Assembly: GCF_018350175.1 (NCBI RefSeq)
Contig: NC_058368.1
Span: forward strand, 55,430,001-55,494,000
Direction of reading: 5' to 3'
Source of the DNA: Felis catus
Taxonomy: Eukaryota
DNA length: 64,000 bases
Shown here piece by piece: positions 1-10,396 of this stretch (within the stretch, counting starts at the first letter, position 1; each line of letters starts with the position of its first letter). The notes beneath the pieces are model-generated. The model was not told the DNA's origin. It did not search any database and saw only the letters and a list, made by a program, of their open reading frames with translations. The position numbers and the translations under genes are program-made.

Positions 1-339
1 AAATTTTAGTTTTTAAAGGGCACTGCTTTTCTGATATCAAATAAAACATAAATAAAAATTGTGTTCTGAACATAAAAAAACACAGAAAGATGTTACAAAT
101 TCACTTTAAAATAACTTCTGAATCATAAGATAATGTTTAACAAAATGCATCAGGGTGTACAGATGGTTCTCCTCACTGTTAAGAGAAAAATCATGTGTTG
201 TTTACTAGTTACAAAGTAACACATCACCTACAAAGTTTGTAACAAGATGTACTCTATACAGATACCCTGACTATAAAATTAAGCAGTTGTTCTTGTGCAT
301 GGAGCATGACAAATTTCATTAAGGTATACAGATTGGAAA

Positions 340-1620
340 GGAAGATCACACCAAGCAATCACACTTCTAGGTATTTACCCAACTGATTTACAATATGTGC
401 ATACAAAACAAAACCAAACAAAATGAAACAAACACACAAACAAAAAAACCCATAGAATTTTCATTCCTACTCATCAAAAAACAGAAGCCACCAAGATGTC
501 CTTGAATAGGTGAATACATTACAAACTGAGGTACATTCTTACAATTAAAGTCTTCAACAATACCAATAAATTAGTTTTAAACCATTAGAAGACAAGCATG
601 AATGTTAAATTCACAGTCCTAAGCAAAAGAAAACAGTTTGCAAAGGCTACACTATGTATATATGATACCAGTTACAGGACATACTAAGAAAAGGCAAAAC
701 TAGAGCAAAGATAAAAATGTTATGGATTACCATGGGTTTAGAAGATGTTAAGGCTGAAACTCTGTTTCTCAAAATTCATGTTGAAGTTCTAAACTCATAG
801 TATCTCAGGATGAAACTATATTTTAAGGCCTTTTTACAAAGGTAAGTTAAAAGAAGCTTTTGGAGTGGACTCTAATCCAATTTGATTGGTACCCTTATAA
901 AATAAGAGGAGATTAGGACACACAAAGACACACCTGGAGTGTGACTACTTGGAGAGCAGGACGTGTAATTGGTAGCAAGAGAACAGCTATCTGAAAGCCA
1001 AGGAGAGTGGCCTCAAAGAAAACTAACCGTGTTGGTGCTTTCATCCTGGACCTCAAACCTCCAGAACCATGAGAAAATAAATCGCCATTTTTAAAGCCAC
1101 CCAGTCTGTAGTATTTTGTCGTGGCAGTTCTAGCAAAGTAAGACAAGAGAAGTAGGGGGACACTGAATGATTGAGGCACAGGAGATATTTTACAGTGGTA
1201 AAACTATTCTATATAATATTGCACTATAAATTAACCCTCTACTCTAGTTAATAAAGAATTTTTTCCCCACAAGGGTATGGGTGAACAATTATAGTAACAC
1301 TCTACATACACACTGCAATTGAACAATTAAGTAAACTGGAGGGGGAGAGTGGGAGCCATGTTTCTCACTGTCTAAATGGGAGGTGACAGGTAAGTAAGGA
1401 GAGAAGGCTGTAATGTCCAAATGCTAATGGATTAGAGTTGGAGACAGCAATATAAGGTCATTTTAGTTTAATATACTTATAAATATTATACATATAAGTT
1501 ATATATGTATACATATTTATTTACTTATTTATATTTATATTTAATGTGCATAATCACATATAGATATATATTTATGGATACATAGAGAAATAGTCATATT
1601 TTTTGTATATTCATGTTAGT
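340..1620 (+). mobile_element. Old L1MC-type LINE-1 3' fragment, interrupted by an MLT1 LTR
   Basis: Degenerate ORF2-end and 3'UTR motifs (ccaagcaatcacacttctaggtatttaccc; ccaagatgtccttgaataggtgaat; gggtatgggtgaacaatt...gggagccatgtttctcactgt). Boundaries approximate. Confidence 0.65.
746..1145 (+). mobile_element. MaLR solo LTR (MLT1B-like)
   Basis: About 400 bp with TG...CA termini. MLT1 motifs: caaaattcatgttgaagttctaa, aagccaaggagagtggcctca, cctccagaaccatgagaaaataaat, aagccacccagtctgtagtattttgt...ctagcaaagtaagaca. Confidence 0.85.
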
Positions 1621-1769
1621 ATAAAACTAAAATTTTATTAAACAGTGGGATCAAGCGATAAATTTTGATTCAATCATGTTATTCATAAACGTCTAGGTAA
1701 ATATGAAGTGCTCTGGCAATGTACTCATTTTATTTTTAAAGTGAGAAAATATATATGACTATTACATCT

Positions 1770-2717
1770 TTAGTGTTCCTTTCAGTTTGACAAACTTTAG
1801 ACAGGTTTCCTCTGACTTTAGCCCCTGACCTCTTTTATTGGAGAATTTACTTTAGAAAAGTTATAATTGTAAACTGCCCCTTTGAGATGTAAATATTTTT
1901 ATTATTTTTTCAAATGTTTATTTATTTTGGAGAGAGAGAGAGAGAGAAAGGGAGAGAGAAAGAGCATGAATGGGTCAGGGGCAGAGAGAGAGAGGGAGAG
2001 CGAGAATCCCAAGCAGACTCCCTGCTGTAGGCACAGAGCCCGATGAGGGGCTCGAACTCATGAACTGTGAGATCATGACCTGAGCTGAAGTTGGACGTTT
2101 AACTGACTGAGCCACCCAGGTTCCCCAAGATGTAAATATTTTTAAAACCTTCTGCCAGTCTTACAACCCATGACTATCTTCTGTGAAGTCATGTGAACCA
2201 GCTCTTTAAAATGCTATCATCAAGGAAGATAGCACCACTTTCTTAGCTTCCCTGGGAGGTTAAGAGTCTAACCTTGCTCAAGATGTCAAATTACCTCCTG
2301 TCAGGAAGAAATGAGAGAGTTTACTTTTTCTTTGGATAAAGTCAACTAAGTAAACTGAGACGGCCTATGGTATCCCCCTTACCCTGGCACTTTAAAAAAA
2401 AAAAAAGGAACAAAAAACAAAACTTTTATCCCCCCAAGTGGAGCCAAGTTCAGACTACAAAATTACCTTCTGTCAGGAAAAATGAGAGTTTATTTTTTCT
2501 TTGGAATAACGTCAACTGAGTAAACTGAGATGGCCTATGATATCCCATTTACCCAGGGACTTAAAATAGAAAAAGAAAAAAAACAAACTTTTATCCCCAT
2601 GAGTGAAGTGAAGTTCAGACTGAGTTCTGCTCCCTTTCTCTACTGTATTATTGCAATAATGTTGAATAAAGCCTTCCTTGCCTGTTTAATTTGTCCATTG
2701 CAATTTTTGCAGTGACA
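1770..2717 (+). mobile_element. ERV1 solo LTR (MER34-like) with internal ~170-bp tandem duplication and a SINE insertion
   Basis: Motifs cccctttgagatgtaaat, caaggaagatagcacc and aataaagccttccttgcctgtttaa, ending in gtgaca. The 5' boundary is approximate. Confidence 0.65.
1901..2126 (-). mobile_element. Can-SINE
   Basis: tRNA-like head, CT-rich region and A tail on the - strand. TSD agatgtaaatattttt at 1885-1900 and 2128-2143. Confidence 0.95.
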
Positions 2718-2989
2718 TATGCCTTCATTTTTATGTTTAAAACAGCTAATCACCAAAATAGAAAATGAGAAGGCTGCTGTGTGAGGACAGGCTGAAAGTT
2801 GGTCAACAGGTGGAATTTCAAAAACTAATGCTTAATGCTTATGTTCTGACATTTCTGATGTACCTATCATGTTTCCTTAACCCCCGCGTGGCTGTGACAC
2901 ATTCTGAGATTTTCCTTGCTTTTAATGGCCTTGAAAGTTTGAGAAGTCCTATTCACTCAACTATTTTGTGGATCGTCCCTCTAAAATGA

Positions 2990-3430
2990 TTTCTTTGATA
3001 TTTTTCTTCTGTTTAGACTAGTTTTATGGGTTTGGGGAAGAAAGACCACAGAGATGAAATGTCATTTTAATCATATCATATCAAGAATATATACTATCAA
3101 CATGACCTCTAACTGTTAATATGAAGGATGATCACCTGGTTAAGGTAGTGTTTGCCAGGTTTCTGTACTATAAACTTACTCTTGTTTTCCGTTTCCATAT
3201 TATACTCTTTGGAAGGAAGCCCTTAGGTGCACAATAAGAATGCTCCCTGAGGGACAGAGTATCTACACAAATTATTTGGAATTCTTCCGCACAGTAACAT
3301 CTGTCTCTTTTCCCTAATTATATCAGCATGAACTCATAAATATTTACTTTATACTACTGCTTATAATCCAATATTTCTTAATTATATTTTGCTCAAAAAT
3401 TGGACTTTTTCAGTTGCCTCCTCTGTCCCT
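2990..3430 (-). mobile_element. Old L1MC-type 3'UTR fragment
   Basis: Motif ttatgggtttggggaagaaagaccacagag...tcatatcatatcaag...gatcacctggttaaggtagtgtttgccaggtttct; homologous to 29590-29820. Confidence 0.65.
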
Positions 3431-4090
3431 TTGATATACCTTCATCATTATATGTCTGTGTGTATATATATATTTATCATTATAAATATAAACACATATA
3501 TATGTTTTTTCTTTGATGTATGCCTCATAAGACAACCTTACTTAACCCAAGGAATCAGATTGTTTTCCTAATTTTTTCCAGAAGTTTTATAGTATTAGGT
3601 TTTATATTTATAATGCATTATCCAGTTCAAGTTAATTTTTTGTATTTAATGCAAGGCATATGTTAAGACTTACTTTTTTTACACTTGAATGTATAATTTG
3701 TGTATCATAGTTTTTGAAAGATTATCCTATCTTAACTGAATTATCTTATAACTTTTGTATAAAAATCAAGTGATCTGCTATGTATAACTCTATTTCTGAT
3801 CCTTCTGTTCCACTGATCTATGTCTAAGCATTAACCAGTATAACACTATTTGATTACTGTAACTACATAGTTAACTAAAACAGGGTGCCTGAGTACACCA
3901 CATTTGCTATTATTTTAAAAATTTAAAAATGATTTTGATGTCTACATCTTTGTGTTTGAATATAATTTTTATTTTATTTATTTTTAATTTTAAGAGTTTA
4001 TTTGAACAAAAATCTATTCAAATTGAGCTGTGTTTCAAATCAGAAGTGCTTAGGTGCACTTCACCAACAAAAGCTCAGGGAGAGACTTTT

Positions 4091-4531
4091 TACAAAATTG
4101 TTTTTCTAATCTTTATTTATTTTATTTTATTTTATTTTATTTTCAACGTTTATTATTTATTTTGGGGACAGAGAGAGACAGAGCATGAACGGGGGAGGGG
4201 CAGAGAGAGAGGGAGACACAGAATCAGAAACAGGCTCCAGGCTCTGAGCCATCAGCCCAGAGCCCGACGCGGGGCTCGAACTCACGGACCGCGAGATCGT
4301 GACCTGGCTGAAGTCGGACGCTTAACCGACTGCGCCACCCAGGCGCCCCAAATCTTTATTTATTTTAGAGAGAGAGAGAGATTGACAGAGTGCTAGCAGG
4401 GGAGGAACAGAGAGAGGGAGACACAGAATCCAAAGCAGGCTCCAGGCTCTGAGCTGTCAGCACAGGGCCTGAAGGGGGGCTCGAAATCACGAACTGTGAG
4501 ATCATGAGCTAAGCCAAAGTCAGATGGTGCC
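4091..4531 (-). mobile_element. Older Can-SINE inserted in the ERV 3' LTR; contains a nested younger SINE
   Basis: TSD ctcagggagagactttt at 4074-4090 and 4532-4548; ~22-nt deletion near the SINE 5' end. Confidence 0.9.
4125..4350 (-). mobile_element. Young feline Can-SINE nested in the tail of an older SINE
   Basis: CpG-intact body; TSD aatctttatttatttta at 4108-4124 and 4351-4367. Confidence 0.95.
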
Positions 4532-5149
4532 CTCAGGGAGAGACTTTTATATCAAAAATGTGAGGTAAGGCAATTATTGATTGACTAAAGCATAAAGCCT
4601 AGTTGGCTGCTTGTGAATGGCTGTTTCCAAGTGTTTTGGTTTGTTTACCTAGGCTGCTTCAGCATTAGAGTCACAACACATCTAATGGCCTCCTAGTTTA
4701 AGTTAAGGATTCTTTAATTTTGATTATCCTCTCATATATGAGAGACTGATAAAAAATTTCGTATTAACACTACTCTTTAGTCACCATCAGATATAAGTTG
4801 TTCTTAGCACGTTGTGAAATTCATCCTTTATGTTGTTAGATCCATGGAAGAATTGTTTTTGTCGTTCCTCTTCTTTTCCGTTTGTTTCTGTTTCTCTTAG
4901 CAGAGTAAGACCATTAGATGCACTGCTAGTGGCTATGAACATGAATTTAAGACCTCTAAGAGAACATAGCACCCAAGGAGAGTACAATGATAACTATTAG
5001 GAGGATAACATTAAGAGACTGAAGTATATTCCTTAGCCAAAGCCTTTATGAACCAAACCAGTTGGTAGCAAATAAATCAAAGAATGTATCCGAAGGGACA
5101 GCAATCTGTTTTAGTCAAGTGACTTTTTTGGTCAATTTCTTATATTTGC

Positions 5150-5335
5150 TTAAATTTTAGAGGTGTTGATCCAGGAATAGCATGAAGAATTTGTTATGGC
5201 ACAGAGTCTTTCTTCAGCCAATAAGTAATCTAAAGCAATTCTATTATGTAAGACCACCTTAGCAAAGAAATCTAGGGACTTTTGTTGCGCAGTTATGGTC
5301 TCAGTAGTAGATTCAGCAATAATTGCCAGAGTTAA
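5150..5335 (-). pseudogene. env: Retroviral env transmembrane-subunit remnant (heptad repeat, immunosuppressive domain, degenerate CX6CC)
   Basis: Manual translation gives LTLAIIAESTTETITAQQKSLDFFAKVVLHNRIALDYLLAEERLCAITNSSCYSWINTSKI*, matching the class I env ISD pattern L-x-NR-x-ALD-x-LLAE...C-x6-C. No ATG, so absent from the ORF track. Confidence 0.85.
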
Positions 5336-6378
5336 GAAGCACTGTCTTCCTGTGCATTAACAGAAAGAGAGACAGAGAGAGACAGAGACAGAGAGAGAAA
5401 TAGAAAAGCAAGTAGGGAACAGACAAAAGGAATAAAAGTTTCATATTAGAAATGAAGATCTTGATCTGTGATCCTGTGAGAACTGTCCACTACCAGATGC
5501 TGTCTGCTTCTGGAGAGTAACCTCCATAGTGAATTTTAATTTTAGATAGCTAGCTGGTGTGTAGTTCCAAGATCTTGAATGAGTTCTTTATAATGGCAGG
5601 ATATGATTTCAAGGCTTACTGGAGAGTAGGGATCAATAATGAGAGATTTTCCTGCCAATCTAAATTTGGTAAAGAAGGAATAGAATGAAACTACCTTTCT
5701 TTCTCTCTTGACCAAACACCACAGATAGAGATCTGGGAGAGTCGACTTTGGTAGGAATTCTAACCCTTTGCTCTCTACTGCCAATTTTCCTCAGATGCAG
5801 TCTGCAGACTTTAGAGTGAGTGAAGTACACCAGTGGGTCACATACTGGTTACCAGAAACTATACAAGAGGAAAAAAAATTTTTTCTTCTTCCTTTTATAG
5901 CGAATGCCTGGCTGAGGCCCCTTTTTGTTCAGAACACCTCATAAATGGATAAGTTTATCTAGGTTAAAATTTCTCCACTGTGGCCACTGTAATTCAAGAT
6001 TATCTTTGATAAGGTTATCTTACTTGTTCAACCTTAAAACAAAATTTTATTCACCTGAGGTATCACATTTGACCCAATCCAGATTAAGTGAGATACATTC
6101 TGACCCAGACATAGTCTGGTTTCTAAGTCAGACCAAGTCTAACCCCAGACCTGGCTTGGTTTTAAAGTTGGATCCAGTTCGACTCCAGTTTCCCAACCCA
6201 ATACTGAAAAAGAAATGCTCACATAAGCCTCAATATTCAAAAGCTGCAGAGCTAAGAACCAGGGTCGAGAGGAACTTATTCCATGACCTTGATAGGTAGT
6301 GAGAAAGCAGTGATCTCAAGGGTTTCAATAGATACCTACATCTGGCTGCTTCTGAGGGCTTTGGGGGTCTCCTTTGGC

Positions 6379-6394
6379 TCCTTCTCTGACACCA
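6379..6394 (-). promoter_or_regulatory. Putative ERV primer-binding site (tRNA-Leu-like TGGTGTCAG...)
   Basis: The - strand reads ...ttagCA-tt-TGGTGTCAGagaagg directly after the LTR end. Only the first 9-10 nt match. Confidence 0.6.
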
Positions 6395-6439
6395 AATGCT
6401 AAATGATAGAGGCATATTAAACATTTTCAGAGTTTATTT

Positions 6440-6643
6440 TTTTAAAGTTTAATATTTTATTTATTTTGAGAGAGAGAGAAAAGGGAGGAGAGGACGAAAG
6501 AGAGGGAGAGAGAGAATCTCCAGCAAGTTCCCTGCCCTGAGCATGGAGCTTGGCAGGGGGCTTGATCCCACAAACCCTGAGATCATGACCTGAGCTGAAA
6601 TCAAAAGTTGGAAGCTTAACTGTCTGAGCAACCCAGGCACCCC
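6440..6643 (-). mobile_element. Can-SINE inserted in the ERV 5' R/U5
   Basis: SINE head and tail; TSD agagtttattt at 6429-6439 and 6646-6656. Confidence 0.9.
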
Positions 6644-8509
6644 TAAGAGTTTATTTAAACAAAAATTAATTTGAATCAATCAGCACCATACTAGAAGTAG
6701 TTACAAGGCTCCTTGAATATATACTTTAGAATCAGCATCTACTAGAATCATCCAAAAGAAAACAAAAAGAAAAAGAAAAAGAAAGAAAGATGAATAAAAA
6801 GCTTGATAATTTAATAGATTTTGTTGAACCTACAAAACAATTTGGAGACAATATACATATATGCATCCTAACATTACTGAGACTTCTAGTCAATCAACAG
6901 TGTTTCTCTCTATTTAAATTATCTTTATTTTTATTCAGCAATGTTTTGTAATTTATGGCATATAAATTTTTCAATGATTTTGTTAGGCAAATCCTTATTT
7001 TATTTTTATCTTTTTAATTTTTAAATGATATTTTATTTTAAATTTTCAATTCTTATTGTTCTATTAAAATAAAATTAGTTTACTTTTGTATATTGCTTTG
7101 CATATCTGATACCACTTAATTTAGTGTTTAGTCATAGTAGCTTTTTATAAATTTGGGGGATTTTTTATGTAGAAATCATGCTACTTCCACATTAAGAATT
7201 GTACTTCTTGGGGGGAGGAGCCAAGATGTCAGAACAGCATGGAAGCTTTTTGTGTGTCTCGCGTCCATGAAATACAGCCAGACCAACACTAAACCATCCT
7301 ACACTCTTAGAAAACTGAATACCATCCTTAAAACCATCCTACACACCTAGAAAATCTGCACAACCTGAACCACAGAATCAGCAGGTACATGGCACAGAGA
7401 GCTGAACTTGGGGAGCAAGAAGCCACGAAAGGGAGGGAACTACTTTTGAGGATGGAGGGAGGATGACGACTAGGGAGATGGGGAGAATACAGGAAAAGCA
7501 CCCCTCCGCCAAAGCAGCTGGAGAGAAAGTGGAAAATTGGAAACAGCTTCAGGGACTAAACTAAAAAGGGAGAAAGGAGAAAGGAGAGGGTTTAAATTCC
7601 ATTAAGACTGTAAACAAGGGGAGTGCAAAGGCTGCAACTCCCCAGCTCCATACCTGGCGGTGCTCTGCTGGGAAGGGCGAATCCCCAGGAGCAGAGTGGG
7701 GTCCGGGACGTTCTCAGGCCGCACGGGGAAAAGCGGTTCCACTGCTGGAAGGACATTTGGTAGAGACTGTTGAAGCCACCTGGTCCCAGCAGACCCCGGA
7801 AGGCAGCCACATTCGCTGGTGCTGGGGCAAGGTTGTTGAGGGTGAAGCCTGGTGCCAGATATGTTGTGATTTTCCATGGTCCCTGAAACGCTGAGGCTAT
7901 ACTGTCTTGCAATCTTTTTTGGGGCCAGGCTGGCACCTGGCCGTAGTCTCAGGGCACCAGCAACAGCAGGGTCCAGGGGGCGTTTCTGGGTGCAGCTGAC
8001 ATTCGGCCATTTCTCATTCAGCCATTGCTCGGTGAGAACTTCCAGCAGAAGGGCGGAGCGGGTCAAAGCCGCAGTCCTTCGGAAGTAAGGGGCTGCGTAA
8101 AACAGCCATATCTGAGACAAAACTTGGGAGAGAGGTACTGCCTGGGGCCTGGTTACGGAAAGTGGAAAAGCAGGGAGTAGAGGAGAGCTGAAGACAGAGG
8201 ACCAGCGTGCGATTGCTGATCCAGGAGAACAGACTGGGTGGCTGGGTGGCTACATTTTTCACCGCTCCCGCGCATGTGTATGCGCACTGACCAGCACTGC
8301 AACAATCCACCCCAGTAGGCTAGCACCGCCACCTAGTGGACAGTGGAGCTGTTACACTGAGCCCTGCGCAACTGGGCCAACTTCGCTCTTCAAGAACTCG
8401 AACCTCACCGCCGTCTTAATTTATGGACTATAAAGAGCTACATGGACTGACCTTTAGGGGAAAACGAAGCAATTTCAGTCCTCCTTCAATCTGTTAGCAG
8501 GTTAATCTA

Positions 8510-9230
8510 TTCATTTTTTTTCTCTCTCTGTTTTTCCTTTTTCTCTTTAACAATTCTTTCCTTTTTCTTGAATATAGAAAGAGAAAAAACTCATTTTTAT
8601 TTTCAATTTTTATTTAAAATATCTGTCTTTAATTTTTATTACTATATTTTTTACTTTGGTGTTTCTTCAAATTCTACTTTACTTCCATCATTTTTATTTT
8701 AGTCTACTTCAGTGTACTCACCTTTTCAAATTTTAAAACAATTTCCTTTTTTTCTTTCTTTTTATTTTTTCTCTTTTTGATTTCTTTTTCTTGAATGCAG
8801 AAAGAGAAAAACTTCATTTTTACTTTCAATTGGTTTTAAAAATATTTTTATTTAATTTTTATTACTATATTTTTTGCTTTTATGTAAATTTTTTCAAATT
8901 CTATCATGCTCCCATCATTTTATTTCAGTCTACTACAGGATATTCACTTTTTCAAATTTTCAAACGATTTCTTTTTTTGTATTTTCTTTTTTCTCTTTTT
9001 TCTCTTTTTCATTTCGTTTCTTTTTCCTTAAATACAGAACACAAAAAAATTCATATTTCTTTTTAATTTTAGTAAAAATATTTTTCTATAATTTTTTTCT
9101 ACTATATTCTCTACTTTTGTGTATTATAGTCTACTTTAGTGTATACATTTTTTCAAATTCTCAAACGATTTCCTTTTTTTTTCCCTCCCTCCCACCTTTT
9201 TTTTTTTTTTTTGGCTTGTTTATTTGTTTC
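8510..9230 (+). repeat. Three ~200-240-bp AT-rich tandem units in the L1 5'UTR
   Basis: Recurrent cttgaat.cagaaagagaaaaa at ~8567, ~8790 and ~9027, and agtctact...ttttcaaatt at 8701, 8927 and 9128. Confidence 0.85.
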
Positions 9231-9411
9231 TCTAATCTGTCAAACCACTTTCTACACCCAGACCAAAAGACACCTAGGATCTAGCATCTCTAGCATCATC
9301 TATTCGATTTTTGTGTGGGTGTGTTTTTAATTTTTAATTTTAATATTTTTTTAATTTTAATTTTTGTAATTTCAATTTTTCTACCTCATTAATTCCTTTT
9401 CTCCCTTCAAA

Positions 9412-10282
9412 ATGACAAAATGAAGGAATTCACCCCAAAAGAAAGAGCACGAAGAAACGACAGCCAGGGATTTAACCAACACAGACACAAGCAAGATGTC
9501 TGAACCAGAATTTAGAATCACCATAAGAAGAATACTAGCTGGAGTCGAAAATAGATTAGAATCCCTTTCTGCAGAGATAAAAGAAGTAAAAAATAGCCAG
9601 AATGAAATTAAAAATGCTATAACTGAGCTGCAATCACGGGTGGATGCAGCGGCGGCAAAGATGGATGAGGCAGAACAGAGAATCAGCGATAGACAGGACA
9701 AATTTATAGAGAATAACGAAGCAGAAAAAAAGAGGGAGATTAAGGCAACAGAGCAGGATTTAAAAATTAGAGGAATCAGTGACTCATTGAGAAGGAACAT
9801 CAGAATCATAGGGGTCCCAGAGGAGAAAGAGAGAGAAATAGGGGTAGAAGGTTTATACAAGCAAATCATAGCAGAAAATTTTCCTAACCTGGGGAAAGAC
9901 ACAGACATCCACATCCAGGAAGCACAAAGGACTCCCATTAGATTCAGCAAAAACCAACCATCAACAAGGCATATCATAGTCAAATTCACAAAATACTCAA
10001 GCAAGAAGAGAATCATGAAAGCAGCAAGGGAAAAAAAGTCCCTAACCAACAGGGAAGACAGATCAGGTTTACAGCAGACCTATCCACAGAAACTTGGCAG
10101 GCCAGAAAGGAGTGGCAGGATATCAGTGTGCTGAATCAGAAAAATATGCAGCTAAGATTTCTTTATCCAGCAAGGCTGTCATTCAAAATAGTAGGAGAGA
10201 TAAAAAGTTTCCCAAACAAAAATTAAAGGAGTCTGTGACCACTAAACCAGCCCTGCAAGAAATTTTAAGGGGGACTCTCTGA
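9412..10282 (+). pseudogene. L1 ORF1p pseudogene
   Basis: ATG ACA AAA TGA gives a stop at codon 4. Track ORFs 9496..10134 and 10094..10282 carry the coiled-coil, NIRIIGVPE and [12 protein letters not shown] motifs in different frames. Confidence 0.93.
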
Positions 10283-10396
10283 GGGGAGAAAAGATGAAAA
10301 TATATATACATATATAAATAAATAAATACCAAATGCAACAAAAGATTAGAAAGAACCAGAGAACCCACTAGAAACTCCAACTCTACAAGCATCATA

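Larger units (their letters stand above)
3965..6712 (-). mobile_element. Class I ERV remnant (gag/pol deleted) with processed-copy structure R-U5-PBS-leader-env TM-U3-R-poly(A)
   Basis: R-like sequence is duplicated at ~3990-4062 and ~6645-6712. LTR end CA at 6397-6398 is followed by a PBS. env TM remnant at 5150-5335. A-rich tail at 3965-3990. Flanking ttgaatata at 3956-3964 and 6713-6721. Confidence 0.75.

Noticed and set aside
3929..4396. 155-aa ORF and similar ORFs containing GQRETEHERGRGRERGRHR (16318, 31085, 58359)
   Set aside because: These are antisense translations of Can-SINEs. The repeated peptide reflects the repeat, not a gene family.
5150..5335. Domesticated syncytin-like env gene
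   Set aside because: No start codon, SU or fusion peptide; CX6CC is broken and a stop precedes the membrane anchor.
7592..8310. Antisense ORFs in the + L1 5'UTR as ORF0 analogues
   Set aside because: Several overlapping frames in GC-rich DNA of a decayed copy, with no shared start motif to support them.
8510..9230. Repeat array resembling a CRISPR or satellite
   Set aside because: Long degenerate units with no unique spacers, inside a mammalian L1 5'UTR.
9381..10049. 222-aa antisense ORF (also 39677..40129, 37062..37487 and similar)
   Set aside because: Shadow frames opposite A-rich L1 coding sequence; no independent support.
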